A stretch of 64,000 nucleotides of DNA, filler included, from Aduncisulcus paluster (taxonomy: Eukaryota): assembly GCA_024181965.1 (NCBI GenBank). It is 12 parts of 12 records of this genome, joined end to end, with 100 filler letters (N's around TTAATTAATTAA, not from the genome) between each part and the next. Parts side by side here need not be neighbours in the genome. Positions count along the whole stretch, not along the records: positions 13,319 to 27,685 come from BQXS01010133.1; positions 27,786 to 30,067 come from BQXS01010134.1; positions 30,168 to 39,454 come from BQXS01010135.1; 9 more parts are not named here. One strand, given 5' to 3'. The notes below the pieces were generated by a model. The model had not been told where the DNA came from. It saw nothing but the letters and a program-made list of their open reading frames with translations, and ran no database searches. The translations under genes and the position numbers were made by a program. Below are positions 26,101 to 39,554 of the stretch, one piece after another (positions within the stretch are counted from its first letter, which is position 1; each line of letters starts with the position of its first letter).

Positions 26101-27685
26101 AAGACCTACAACTGGGCATCATCGAGATAGCTTGTCCTCCACCAATGGAGAGCAAGATTCATCACGTGCTGTCGTTTCTTGTGGTGCATTCGAAGGTCTT
26201 AAACATCTCAGTGGGGAAGAAATCTCGGTGTCTGCTGTAATGTATCCCAACACATCCAATGAGAGTGATGAGCTGTCTCCATATGCTCAGGCCGACTCTA
26301 TGGTTTCCTCTCCTGCCTCAAGTGGTGGGACTGTTACCGCTTGGGATGGTCTTGTGTCTCTGTGTGTTCACAACATCGGATCTCTTCTGAGCATTGTCAT
26401 TGATCGCTGTACAAAGCAAGCCACAAAGACCCTGAAGCATCTCAGTGCATTGAAGAAAGGTGTTAAAGATGACAGTAAGATGGCTGAAGACAAGGATGAT
26501 GAGTTCATGCGTGTTGAAAGTGAGTTGAAGGTTCGTGTTGCTGAATATGATAATCTTCTCCTGCAGGCCTCAAATAAGTTTGTTCTCGCAGGGGAAGGTA
26601 TGATCAAGGAATGGGAGAGCCATCTGACCCGTACTCGTAATCAACTGAGAAGAATCCTAAGAAGCACGCAAGATGAATCTGTCCTGATGTCCGTGAGTCC
26701 TTACTTCTCTCTTGGAATTGCTGGAATGAGTTTTGATGAGCAAGAAGAAGAAGAAGTAAGACGTTTCCTTCGAGATGAAGAGGGCCAACGTATTGGATTC
26801 AATTCAAAGTTCAAATCCCATCTCCACGATGGTAACGAGGAGCTTAATGATATCACCAACTCCATCGATGAACTTTTAAAACAGACCTTGCAAGACGGTG
26901 GAGAAGAGGATCCACTCAAGAGAATCCAAACTCAATCGGACAACACAACCGCCATTAAGAATCTTATGGACAAACTTCCGGGCATTCGTGCCAGCCTTGA
27001 TGCTGCCAATTCATTGGTTCTTCGAGAGAAAGCAAGGCGAGAGGATGTTCTTGCTTACACTCAGAGTGGTGGAAAAGATGGTTCGAGTTCAACTGCTAGG
27101 TTATCCGCCTGTGGAGAGACTCTCTGTGCCTTTGACAGGGATAAGATGGATGAGGCAGAGAGGGATATCATAAGGAAAGGGAAAGATGTTGATCGTCTTG
27201 AAGCCATGATGAAGCAAATTATGGATAGGATGAGAGAAAGGCAAAGAGCTCTCGAGTTGCACAATCAACGTGTCCATGAAGAGGAACTTTTGAGGAAACA
27301 AAGAATGGAGGAACAAGCAAAGAAGGATAAGGAAAGGGGTGAGCAATCAGAGGTAAGCGAGAAAGAGAAGGAGCATAAACCTCAAGCTTCAAGTGAAATT
27401 CCTCCGTTTGTTGACGCAACCAATGCTGATATCTCGAGACTTTTGGGTGAACTTACCAAGTTGAAACAAGCTCGTGCTTTGTCAACCCAGTACACTCCTG
27501 ATCTCGTTGATGAAGATGTTCAACGTGTCAGACATCGTGTTGGAGCTGTCGGCACTGATTTGAATGAGTTCATGCAACTCGATGAAGATGATGAGGAAGA
27601 GGAGAGTACCTCTGAGATGGAGAAGAGGGAAATGGACAAGAAGGCCGGAGGCACTGCTGCACTCGGTGACACTCAGCGGAAGGCT
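14135..27685 (+). CDS. Giant (>4100 aa) type I membrane protein with GCC2/GCC3 (ephrin-receptor-like) Cys-rich repeats, 3'-partial
   Basis: Signal peptide MNRIIFFIFLIF.... Dozens of CPxGxYCP...CPxGTY repeats. TM at about 23110-23200, then ~1360 aa with acidic and coiled-coil regions. The three track ORFs merge into one frame once the overlaps at gaps 15465, 19518, 21301 and 25403 are removed. Confidence 0.9.
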
Positions 27686-27785
27686 NNNNNNNNNNNNNNN
27701 NNNNNNNNNNNNNNNNNNNNNNNNNNNNNTTAATTAATTAANNNNNNNNNNNNNNNNNNNNNNNNNNNNNNNNNNNNNNNNNNNN

Positions 27786-30067
27786 GATGTTTCGGCGAGA
27801 TTGAGAAAGCTCAAGGATGTGTATGTATCAGCACACTCGGAAGTGTCGGGAAGAGCAGACACAGAAGTGACAGAAGAGAGGGTCAGAGTGGAGAGTGAGT
27901 GAAGGGAGCAGATGAACGACAGATCAGAAAAGCCTTCAATGGCATTTCCACCAGCATCCTCAGGAGCACCATACATGTTATGAGCAAGGGAAAGGGACTC
28001 AAGACCATGCAGAGAACCCAATGGATCAGCACTCACAAAGTTGTGATATGGCAACGAAATGGATGTAAGAGAGCGGACATGTTCAATTCCATCAAGCAGT
28101 GTGAATCTATCAGAGTTGGAGAGAGCAAAACCATCATTCGACAGAGTGGAAGTGGAAATGGTCCGCAACGAAGCAACACTGAAAAGGGAAGGATCATCTT
28201 CTGTTTCTTCTGTTCGATGGGAGTAATCGGGCTGTCCATCAGAAGCCACAAACATATCAGCAACATATGCATGTAAGTTCTCATCAACAATCACTTGCTG
28301 ACACTCTCCTGTTGTGGAAGTATCATCACCAATCACTTCATCACCAAGATATCTACACTCATATCCATACTCACACCCGCCAGAACATCCAAATGTCCCA
28401 TCACCATTATCTGGGGAAGTACATGAAAAGTTCTCAGCAGATGTGTATGACGTGTATGAATCACTGGCACACACAACATACCAAGTGTTAGACCAAGGCT
28501 TAGTTTCACTGCATATAAGATTGTCAGTGATAGGGGTCGTTCCAAGGTCAGTAGAGGAACATTCACAGGCTTGGTCAGTACTTAAGGTTGTCCAAAGATC
28601 AAGCGTAAGGCTGGCATGGGAGACAAACTTCAATTTGATCATTTCTATGGTTTCTGCAGAACCAACACAAATATTGTTCCCAGTTCCATGAACAGATGTG
28701 AGGGACGACAAATGGTACAATGGAGAGAGATCTGAAACATGACAATCAAGAAATTTGATCGTCTCAAGGTTTGACAGAGTTCCAGCTTCAACAAGAGATG
28801 ACACACTTGTATTGGAAATATTCAGATATGTGAGTTTGTCAGCACTGTTCGAAAGATCTGGAATGGAAGTAATAGTTGTATTGGCAATAGTGAGTGTTTC
28901 CAAATTATGCATCGTTGGCACAACATTTTGAGAATCAGGAATCGAAATGACAAGGGTGGTAATCGAATCACGTTGAGTTTGTGTCAGCGTTTCAATTGAT
29001 GAAAGATCTGCTGAGAAAATGTTCAAATAGTTGAGGTTTGGAAGAAGACCATTCCCAATGTGAGCATCAAATGCACCCTGGTCAAAATGATCACATTCAT
29101 AGAGCTGAAGTTCCTCCAAGGATGGGGGTAGATATGGATCTTGTGATGTTTCTGAAGGTAGATTTAGAAGAGTAATTTTCATTCTTAGGGCAGTGAGAGA
29201 TGACATGCCTGTTAAATTGGGCAGGGTAGATATATAAAAATTGCTTCCCAAATCAAGGGAGAGAAGATTAGAAAGATACATCAAAGAATCAAGACATTTA
29301 GGTGATGTTGAGGGATTCAAACGGTTTAAACTCAGATCAAAACTTGTGATTTCAGTGATGTGTTCAATTCCAGTTAAATCAGTTATATCCAAACTTGGAC
29401 AGGATAATTCTGGGGAATATACACCATAACCGTCATCAACAGATACAAGAGTTTTTAACGAAGCAACACTGAAAAGGGAAGGAGAGGTAGCTGTTCTGTG
29501 AGAGTAATCAGGATCTCCATTAGAATCAACAAACATATCAGCAACACAACCATGCAAGTTCTCATCAACGATCACTTGCTGACACTCTCCTGTTGTGAAA
29601 GTATCATCACCAATCACTTCATCACCAAGATATCTACACTCATATCCATACTCACAGCCTCCAGAACAATTCGTGGTTTGGGATGTTGTTTGTATGCATG
29701 TAAAGTCCTCAGCAGATGTGTATGACGTGTACGAATCACTGGCACACACAACATACCATGTATTGGATACCCCAGGTTTGGTCTCAGCACAGACCTTGTT
29801 GACATCGAGGGGGGTCGATCCAAGATCATCAGAGGAACATATACAGACTTGACCACTAGCATTCACATCTGCAGTAGAAAGAGAAAACTTAGATGCAAGG
29901 AAAGTTTCAATCGCAGTATCACCATTATCACCGCCACAGATATGATTATATGACAAGTCAATGCTACTCCAAGAACCACTGCTGGACAAAGCATACAATG
30001 GGGAAGGATCAGAGATATTATTGTTGTTCAGAGATAGCTCAGTCAGATTGGGCATGCTAGCAACAAG
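27786..30067 (-). CDS. Internal fragment of a modular LRR plus Cys-rich (EGF-like) surface protein
   Basis: Internalin-like LRRs (LTELSLNNNNISDPSPL) alternate with the module CxETxP..WYVVCASDSY...CSGGCEYGYECRY. Open across the whole contig. Confidence 0.85.
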
Positions 30068-30167
30068 NNNNNNNNNNNNNNNNNNNNNNNNNNNNNNNNN
30101 NNNNNNNNNNNTTAATTAATTAANNNNNNNNNNNNNNNNNNNNNNNNNNNNNNNNNNNNNNNNNNNN

Positions 30168-33100
30168 AACCGAGATAATCATTTTGGGATTACATATATC
30201 AAGAAGACTCACAATAGAAGACAGTTTCTCATCTACAGTGACTGAATCCTCGGTTTCATCTTCAGAAGAGGAAGCAATGGGAACAGTATCAACATTTTCA
30301 GACAATTCCTCAGCTTCTTGCTTGATCTTAACATCCAATATAACGCCTTCTTCTTGCTCTTTCTTTACACTTTCTTCATCCATCTTCTTCTCTTCAATTT
30401 CCTCAACTTCTTCCTCTTCTTCTTCCTCTTCTTCTTCCTCATCTTCTCGATCGTCGAGACAATTCTGCTCTCGTTCAACTTGTTGCCGTAGAGCTCCAAT
30501 ACTTATACATAAATCCCGAGCCCATTCCCATCCTTTTTCCATTGAACGTGTTACAAAGTCTTTATCACCATCATAACCAGAAATACTTCCCTCCTTCTCA
30601 CGCGTGAATTCCAAGGAAGCAGAAGCAGAAACAGGTGCTGTAATTGCATTGCTATCAGTCATCTCAGCCACATTCACGGCACTCCACAATACACAAGGGG
30701 AACTGACATCACAACCAACCCATTCACATACCTCAAGGTCTGAGTCTAAGAAGAACGGGAAAGGTGTTGGCATCGTGACAGTGAATGAAGTGGATACACA
30801 AACACACTCTTCCTCCCACATGCATTCCAATGAGTCCAAGTCACGCTCCATCTGACGAATATTCCTCTTGAGTGTGTTCAAGTTCTCCTCAACACGAACA
30901 GACTCGTCATGTTCTTCTTCTTCATTCTCAGAATCTTCCTCATCTTTCGCAAGTGATTCTTGTTGCTGAGTTTGTTTTAATATCCATGGTTCGGCCTTTC
31001 TCTTGGCTTCAGTGGCACATTCTTTGATTCTCCACCCTTCACAAAGAATATTGCTGTGAACAAGGATCCGATTAGACGAGTGTATCCGGAATATACACGA
31101 GATATTGTTGCCATGGTAGTTATTGGAAAAGACAAAACGGTGGGATGGCCTGATTTTCACAGAGATTTTCACAGTGTTTGTATCAACAGTGGTTGCAAAT
31201 GTGCGCAAGTGGAATTGTGGTACCCTCTTTGAAAACGTATGAATTTTCATGGCCAATTGATGCGATGGATCATGGCCGGCCTGAGCATGGTTTCTGACAC
31301 TCAGAGGTTTCTTCATACGAACAGCGCCTCCTTTGTTTGTAATGTGGAACTTTATCTCAGGGACATTCATACCCCGTAGCACTGCCCAAGGAATACCAAA
31401 CCGTTCAATCTCACGAACATCAGAGTTTACAATACTCTTAATCTGACGGAGAGGACACCACACAGACCACATCCTTTGTTTCATACAGCGAGAGAGAGAA
31501 TGGGCTAAATTTGCTCCATTCTCCCATCCACCGGCATCGGCACACACGTCATGTATGGCTTGAAGCACCCTAGAGGCAGATTGATGGACAACAGTCAAGT
31601 CAGGGGCTAGTTGAGAAATCCGAGACAATGGAACATTCGACACCAAGGCTTGGAATAGCAGAGATAGCTTTGAAGAAGGGTGTGAAAGAGGATTGGAGAG
31701 AGGAATGGGAGATTTAAGCATCAGGAACTCCAGGTCTTTGATATCTGAATCTCTGACAGTGATTTGTTTGAATTCATCAGAGAGTGACAAAATATTCAAT
31801 ATTATTGAGGAGGAAAGTGTTGGAATATCTAATTGAGGAAGAGAAGAAATAGGAGGATGTAATTCTTCGTCAATACTCATCTTTTGGACCTGTCCTTTCC
31901 CTTGTTTAATCATAAAAGAATCCATGGATTGAGGGGGGATGTGGGAACACAAGGCTTTGTATATAGTGTGAATACTATCCACTGTAAGGTGATATCTCGT
32001 ACATATTATACCAAGGATAGTTGGCTTAATCAGGAGACGATGGGAAAGAGGAGAGGGCTCACTCTTGTCAAGTTCTCTTTGGACTGAAATTTCGTCACTT
32101 TCTTCATCATTCTTGCTTGGTACAATCCCTTTGTTTTCATCTTCCTCTTCCTCTTTTTCTTTTTCTTTTTCTTTTTTCACTAGAACCCACCGGCACACAC
32201 CTTTTCGGACCAACTCTTCACATACAGCGACAGATATACCCCGTTTCCACTCAAGGAGAGTACTATCACCCGAATGAAGCTCCAGAGGTACACCGTATTT
32301 GTGGGGAGAGAACATACAACGAACATGAAGGTACGTATCTCCAAGCCAGTCGGCAATATCACTGACACATTCGGCAGCACCAAGAGCAATTTCTGAACAT
32401 ACATGCTCACAGATACCACGGTACATTCGACTCTCACATTCAAGCTTCTGAGTGAACACACTAACATAATGTCCGAGATCAGAATGACGTGTTATGATAA
32501 TACCGTGACCTTCAGAATCGAACTGAGGCCTTCCTGCACGCCCAATCATCTGAAGCACATCCATGAACCCAAGATCAACGAATTGGCCATGATCTGGACT
32601 GAAAACACGGGTTCCCTTGATGATGACAGTGTGGGCTGGCAGATTGACTCCCCACGCCAAAGTTGCTGTAGAGACAAGAATAGATACAAACCCTGCCCTA
32701 AACAGATCTTCAACGACTTCACGATCAGTACGACACAAACCTGCATGGTGGAATCCCACACCATGTGGAAGAAGAGCTTTAAGAGCAGGTGAAACAACTT
32801 TACGGATATATCTCTGGGGATTAATAGAGTTATCAGCAGTGTCAGGGGCTGGAATAAAGGGCATTTCCTCTGATTCATCCATTGACTCACCTTCAGAAGA
32901 TGTCATTGATTCTTCCTCATCCTTCTCTTCATCTTTCTTCGATGATTTGGTCACGTTACGAGTAGATATCGAGAGGGCCTTAGAAAATAAGGACATGAGA
33001 ACACCCGAAGCTCCATCTTTCTCGGCCCTATCACGAATAAACTCACAAAAACTATGGCTTTCTTTTCGACTATGAACAAAGACGATGACTTGTTTCCTTT

Positions 33101-34394
33101 TCTCACTCAAAGCATCCATAGCTCTTCCGTAGGCAATCTTATCGGAATCTTTGATGAGTTGAGACTCTGTCTTGGTGTCCACACCAATCACATTCATATG
33201 CAGCGGGGTGGGTCGGAACTTGGCACTAAAAGTGAAAACATTCTTCTTGGGAACATGTAAAAAGGTTGCAACATTCTGGTAGTTTGGTAATGTGGCACTC
33301 AATCCAACAAACCGACATTTGGTCGATCCAGAAAAGGATCTTGAATACCGCATGTGTCTGGCCACGAGAGATTCAAGAACAGGGCCTCGAGAATCATGCA
33401 AAAGATGGATTTCATCGAGAATAAGAAGCTGTACAGAAGCGACAGTGGATGTTTCTAGACCTCTCCGTGTCACAACATCCCATTTCTCGGGAGTGGCAAC
33501 AAGAACATGTGTTTTTGCCATAACTGATGATGGGAGCACCGAATCTCCACTTAATTCCTCAACGTTTATCCCGAGGGGCATCAATTTTGTGCGTAGATTC
33601 TCAGCTTGTTCACGGACAAGACTCTTCATTGGGGCAAGATAAACAATCTTAAAGTCATGTGGTAATAAAAGGGGATTATCATGTAAGACTTTAATTTTAA
33701 TGTACGAATCATCTCCTTTGCCTTCAGATATTGTACCATCTTCATCATCAGAGCTGACTATTGAAACTTCACGTGATGATTGTGGATACACTTTGCCCGA
33801 TTGGGGATTAATATGTGGTAAAATAATGTTTAATATGGTGAGTAAAGCAACGTTAGTCTTTCCAGCACCAGTGGGGGCACAGATTAGCATATTATCAGAA
33901 TCATATAGAGCAGCATCACATACATGCGATTGGACACGATTCAACTGAGTAATACTGGAACCTTTAAATGGAACTTGAGCATATTTGGGCAATGAAGAGA
34001 TTGAAATTAAATTTGGATACAACTCGTACTTGACAGTTCCCGTAGATAAAGTATTTTCCTGATGAAGAGGTATTTCTTTATCTTCTTCTCGTTCTGGTGG
34101 CGGAATATACACATCTTCAAATCCAAGATGTTGCGTAATTACAGTGGTATCGGATAACTTTGCAAGAACTTCGTCAGTAATTGTCGTGTTCTTTGTTTTA
34201 GCTAAAGATCCATATCTCAAAGCAGGTAAATCAACATATTCATGTATATTTTCAAACTTATCAACAAGAGTATGGTGTTGAGTTGGTGTTTCTATTATCT
34301 CACGAAATTCAACTTCATTTTCTTCTTCTTCAATAACTTCCTCTTCTATTTCTTCCTCTTCATATTCATATGAATATTCAGATTCTTCTTCCAT
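30168..34394 (-). CDS. BRR2: U5 snRNP Ski2-like RNA helicase Brr2/SNRNP200-like, 3'-partial
   Basis: CAPTGAGKTNVA, APMKSLV, TPEKWDVVTR, LILDEIHLLHDSRGPVLE, GLSATLPNY, STATLAWGVNLPAHTVIIKGT, QMIGRAGRPQFD, followed by a Sec63-like region. Motif details are closer to Brr2 than to ASCC3/Slh1. Confidence 0.85.
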
Positions 34395-34828
34395 ACTTGA
34401 ATGCACCAAAAAACATGATTGTTAACAAAATTATGTGATAGCCAATATTGGCAAGGATGATCATTAATACTATTGTATACATCTACAATTAAGTCTAAAT
34501 TATCCTTAGAAATAGAATTATTTAGGGCCAATCACTCGATATTTCTAACGATCCAACCGTAAAGTAATATTACAAATGATTAATTTAATCAGTGAGTAAA
34601 CAATAAGTTATTTCATATTTTCTCAACAATAATTCATATTTCATCAGAAATAATTATTTTGCTTTTTTCTCACGAAATACAGTGAAAAAATCTAATAAAA
34701 TATATAAAATATATTAATGAACGCGATTTAAAAAGTCGCCATAATACCCTATATGAGAAACCGCTTGATCAGATCATCGCCAATCTGAAGTGTTGTTTGT
34801 GTATAAATTTAATCAAATATTTTTTAAA

Positions 34829-37800
34829 ATGCTCAAAAATTTTCTAATACTATTTCTTATCATTCAAATTTTTATAATATCATATGTATATGGAGCTTCT
34901 TGCCCTGCCGGGAAGTATTGTTACTATCCTGATCTTGGGTCAAGTTTTCAGACAGAAACAACATGTCCTGAAGGGACATATAGTAATTTAGGTGACATGA
35001 CGTGTACTATTTGTCCTGCAGGTAGTTATTGTACGGGTGGTACCGAATATACTTGTTCATCAGGCACATCTCCAATAGGGTCGAATGATTCGAGTGATTG
35101 TTATAGCTCAGCAGGATGTCCGACTGATTATTATTGTATTGATGATGGTTATGATACCCCTATTTCGTGTCCCCTTGGTGCAGCTTGTCCTACGGACGGT
35201 GGAACCTCGTATACGGATTGTCCTGATGGAACTTTTAGTGATGTACTTATTTCTTCTACAGCTTCATGTCAACAATGTACTCAAGGTTATTTCTGTGTTG
35301 CTGGAAGTGATGAAATGGTTGAGTGTCCAGGAACCTCATATTCTGAAGATGATGCAGATGTATGTATGACTTTGCCANNNNNNNNNNNNNNNNNNNNGGT
35401 CGAATGATTCGAGTGATTGTTATAGCTCAGCAGGATGTCCGACTGATTATTATTGTATTGATGATGGTTATGATACCCCTATTTCGTGTCCCCTTGGTGC
35501 AGCTTGTCCTACGGACGGTGGAACCTCGTATACGGATTGTCCTGATGGAACTTTTAGTGATGTACTTATTTCTTCTACAGCTTCATGTCAACAATGTACT
35601 CAAGGTTATTTCTGTGTTGCTGGAAGTGATGAAATGGTTGAGTGTCCAGGAACCTCATATTCTGAAGATGATGCAGATGTATGTATGACTTTGCCAGAAA
35701 GGAAAAAGAAATCTGGAACATATATAACGGATTGTTCCTCTGGAAAGTATTGTCCTGGTGATCATCGTATTGAGATGGACTGTGCCACGGACCATTTCTG
35801 TCCTGAGACAATCTATCAGTGGCCATGTCCGGCCGATTTTTACACTGTTTCTGGCGATTTCTTGGAGTGTCTGCTTGATGATGTCCCTGAGGATCCTGTG
35901 GTATGTGAAACTCCTGGACAATATTACGATACTGGCTCTGAGGCTTGCACAGTGTGCTGTTCCTCATATCCTTGCTCTTACGAATGTCCAGATGGTGTCA
36001 ATAGACGGAGTTGTCCCTATGGTACTGTCAATGCCGGTGATAATGTATGTTTGCCTCCTCAGAGTAAGCAATATTACAACGGTTCGACATCGTTCCAAGA
36101 TTGTCCTGCTGGAACATACGCTCCTGTCGATGGTCTTGATGCTTGTTGGCCTTGTCCAACTGGATTTTATCAGAATTTAGCTGGGCGGGACTATTGTGAA
36201 ATCTGTCCTGGTGGTTATTCGTGCACTGCGTCTGCTCAAGGTGCAATATGTGGAGATGGATATTACTCTCCAGAGGGAGTTTGGGAATGTATACCCTGTC
36301 CTTCTGGCCATTACTGTGTTTCAGGAGATGCTAAACCCACTCCATGTAGTGCTGGAACATATCCAGATCAGACTGACCGGGCATCATGTTCGACTTGCAC
36401 AACGGGTCACTATTGTCCGTATGCAACAGAATATCCCATTGCTTGTCCAGCTGGAACATACAACGATATCACTGGGCAGGATGATCTCGCTGACTGCTCT
36501 CCATGTGATGCTGGTTATTATTGTAACCAGGGTTCCAGTTCAAGCACTGAAAATGATTGTCCAGCCGAACATTATTGTCCAATTGGTTCAGCCTATCCTA
36601 TTCCATGTGGATTTGGAGAAACTAATGGTATGACAACTGGTACTCTTACAAATCAATCCGTTTGTACCGATTGTACTGCTGGTTATTATTGTCCAGAAGG
36701 AGCTGGTGAGCGTATATGTCCTGCTGGATACTATTGTCCCCTTGGAACAAAGGATTATTCGATCAATGAGTGTACGATGGGTTATTATTCCCACACTGAA
36801 GGTTTCACTTCTGATGCTGATTGTGTGAACGATGGAGTAACTGCGACTCTCTGCCCCTCTGGATTCTATTGTCCTCCTGCATGTCTTGAACCTATTGCAT
36901 GCGCCCCCGGGTATTTCAACGATACCGCCGGAATGAACAATCGCGCTGATTGTAGGTTCTGCCCAGAAGGGTACTCTTGTCCTCAGCCCGGAATGACAAC
37001 TCCGGACGACTGTAAGATTGGTCATTACTGTCCCACTGGAACCATTCGCGCGACGGATAATCCATGTCCTCCTGGAAAATACACCTCTGACATCAATGCT
37101 GCCACATGTACTGATTGTACAGAGGGATTCGCTTGTGTAGGGTATGGAAGCACTGCGGATGACAGACAATCATGTGATTATGGGTACGTATGTCCTACAG
37201 GAAGTTGGAGTATTCGTCAGGAGAAATGCCCCGCAGGAACTTATAATCCTAATCTCGCTCAATATGACGATGCTATTCATTGTTTGGATTGTCCTGAGGG
37301 ATATTTCTGTCCCACTGGAACTGGTATCATTGATGATGCAACCCTTGGAGAAATTAGGGATGATTTGCGTTGTCCAGCTGGATATTACTGTCCCACGGGT
37401 ACAAAAGTATCGACATTCCGAAAGGATATTGATACATATGATCCTGCGACATATAATGCCCCTGTCCCATGTCCTGCTGGAAAATACCGTGATACTCGTG
37501 GAGGAATTGATGAGAATGATTGTATTGAGTGTCCTGAAGGATACATGTGTCCCTTGGATTCCACAACCAACACTCCATCCACATTTCCTCGTGTCTGTCC
37601 CGTTGGATACTATCAGGACTCAACTGGACAGGATACCTGTGTATCATGTCCTGAAGGTGCTGTGTGTGAGCATGAGGGTACTTATTCCCCTGTTTATTGT
37701 GAAGCTGGTACTCTTTCTCAGTTCAATAAGTGTGTGGACTGTCCCATTGGATCTTATTGTCCCAAGAATGCCTCTGACACAAATACTGAGGAACTTCCTT

Positions 37801-39454
37801 GTCCCGCTGGTTTGTTCTGTAGTGGAGGTACTGCTGCCATTGATACATCTACCACTCCTAATTCATGTCCCAACGATGAAATGAACTGTTCGTCCTGTTC
37901 TGAGGGGTATTATTGTCCCGATGGGACTCTGTATGAAGTTCCTTGTCCAAAGGGAAGGTTCAGAGCCACTGTTGGTGCTCAATATGACGAAGCTACAGGG
38001 GTCCAGTCCACTGATTATGAATGTGCAAGCTGTACCGCTGGATATTACTGTCTTGGAGGAGGTAATCCCGATCCAGATGGTGAGTGTAGCGCTGGGTTTT
38101 ACTGTCCCGAGGGTTCCAGTGGACCATTTGTGAATGCTTGTCCCTCTGGTTCCTATCGTGATGAGACTGGTGCTGGCCAATTGTCTGACTGTATCCAATG
38201 TCCTGCTGGTTTCTATTGCCCCATTGGAAGCACTTCCTATATCTCTTGTCCTGAGGGTCAATACTGTCCCATTGGTCGTGATACTTCTGGTATTACTGAG
38301 GCTGATATTGATGAGGATAATGATGAATACGACACTCCTAAGGACTGTCCTGAAGGGACATACAACCCTTCAACCGAGCTTGAGAGTGAGGATGATTGTA
38401 CACCATGTGATGCAGGTAATTTCTGTAGTGGTGTAAGTCTCACAACTACCAGTGGAACATGCTCAAGTGGGTTCTTCTGCATTACTAACGCCATTACTGC
38501 CACCCCTGATCTTGATGTTTACTATGAAACTTACGCTGCTGGTTGTCCGAGTGATTATTCCTGTCTGTGTACTGATGGTCTCACTACTGATTGTGATACT
38601 TGTACCGATGATTCATACAAAACATGTAGAGCTAACTTTGGTGTATGTCCAGTTGGACACTTCTGTGAGGGTGGTACTGCTGTTCCTTCTGCCTGTCCTC
38701 CAGGTACATACAATCCTTCCACTGGCATGAAGCTTTTATCCGATTGTCTCCCATGTCCTGAATCTTACTATTGTCCTGACTCTGGTATGGAGGATCCTAC
38801 TGCCGATGGTGACACTTACAAGTGTGCTGCTGGGTACTATTGTGACGGTGGTGCTATTCGTGAGGACCAGACTGTTGTCCCTGTTGGATACTACTCTACC
38901 TTGGGATCTTCTGAGCCTATTATGTGTGAAGCTGGGTACTATTCCAACGAGGAAGGTCTCTCTGCCTGCAAAGAGTGTCCCTCTGGATTCTATTGTCCAT
39001 TGAGAACTGATGCAGCAACCGGTGAAAGTGATATGATTGATCCTATTGACTGTCCTGCTGGATATTATTGCCCTGCTGGGTATTCATCCCCTGTCTCTTG
39101 TCCTGTCGGTACTTGGAGTAGTCAACTCAACCTTCGGGAAGAGGGCGACTGTGACGATTGTCCTGCTGGACATTATTGTAACAGTGAAGCTCTCTCAAAT
39201 ATCTCAACTCGTCTCTGTGACGCTGGTTATATTTGTAGACACAACGCTGCAACCTCTCAGGGAGATCCATACGGTGGTGGTGATGATCCTTTGATCGGTG
39301 GAGCCTGCCCTGCTGGATTCTACTGTCCTGCAGCCACAACCAAGGAGATCCCTTGTCCTGTTGGAACTTTTTCCTCCAAGACGATGCTCTCTCTCTCTAC
39401 TCAGTGTGAATCGTGTACAGCTGGAATGTATTGTTCACAGACTGGACTTACTGC
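34829..39454 (+). CDS. Second giant secreted or surface GCC2/GCC3-type Cys-rich repeat protein (>1400 aa), 3'-partial
   Basis: Signal peptide MLKNFLILFLIIQIFIISYVYG, then tandem CPxGxYCP repeats. 35398-35696 duplicates 35079-35377 across an N20 gap. Divergent from the Brr2-like gene. Confidence 0.88.
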
Positions 39455-39554
39455 NNNNNNNNNNNNNNNNNNNNNNNNNNNNNNNNNNNNNNNNNNNNTT
39501 AATTAATTAANNNNNNNNNNNNNNNNNNNNNNNNNNNNNNNNNNNNNNNNNNNN

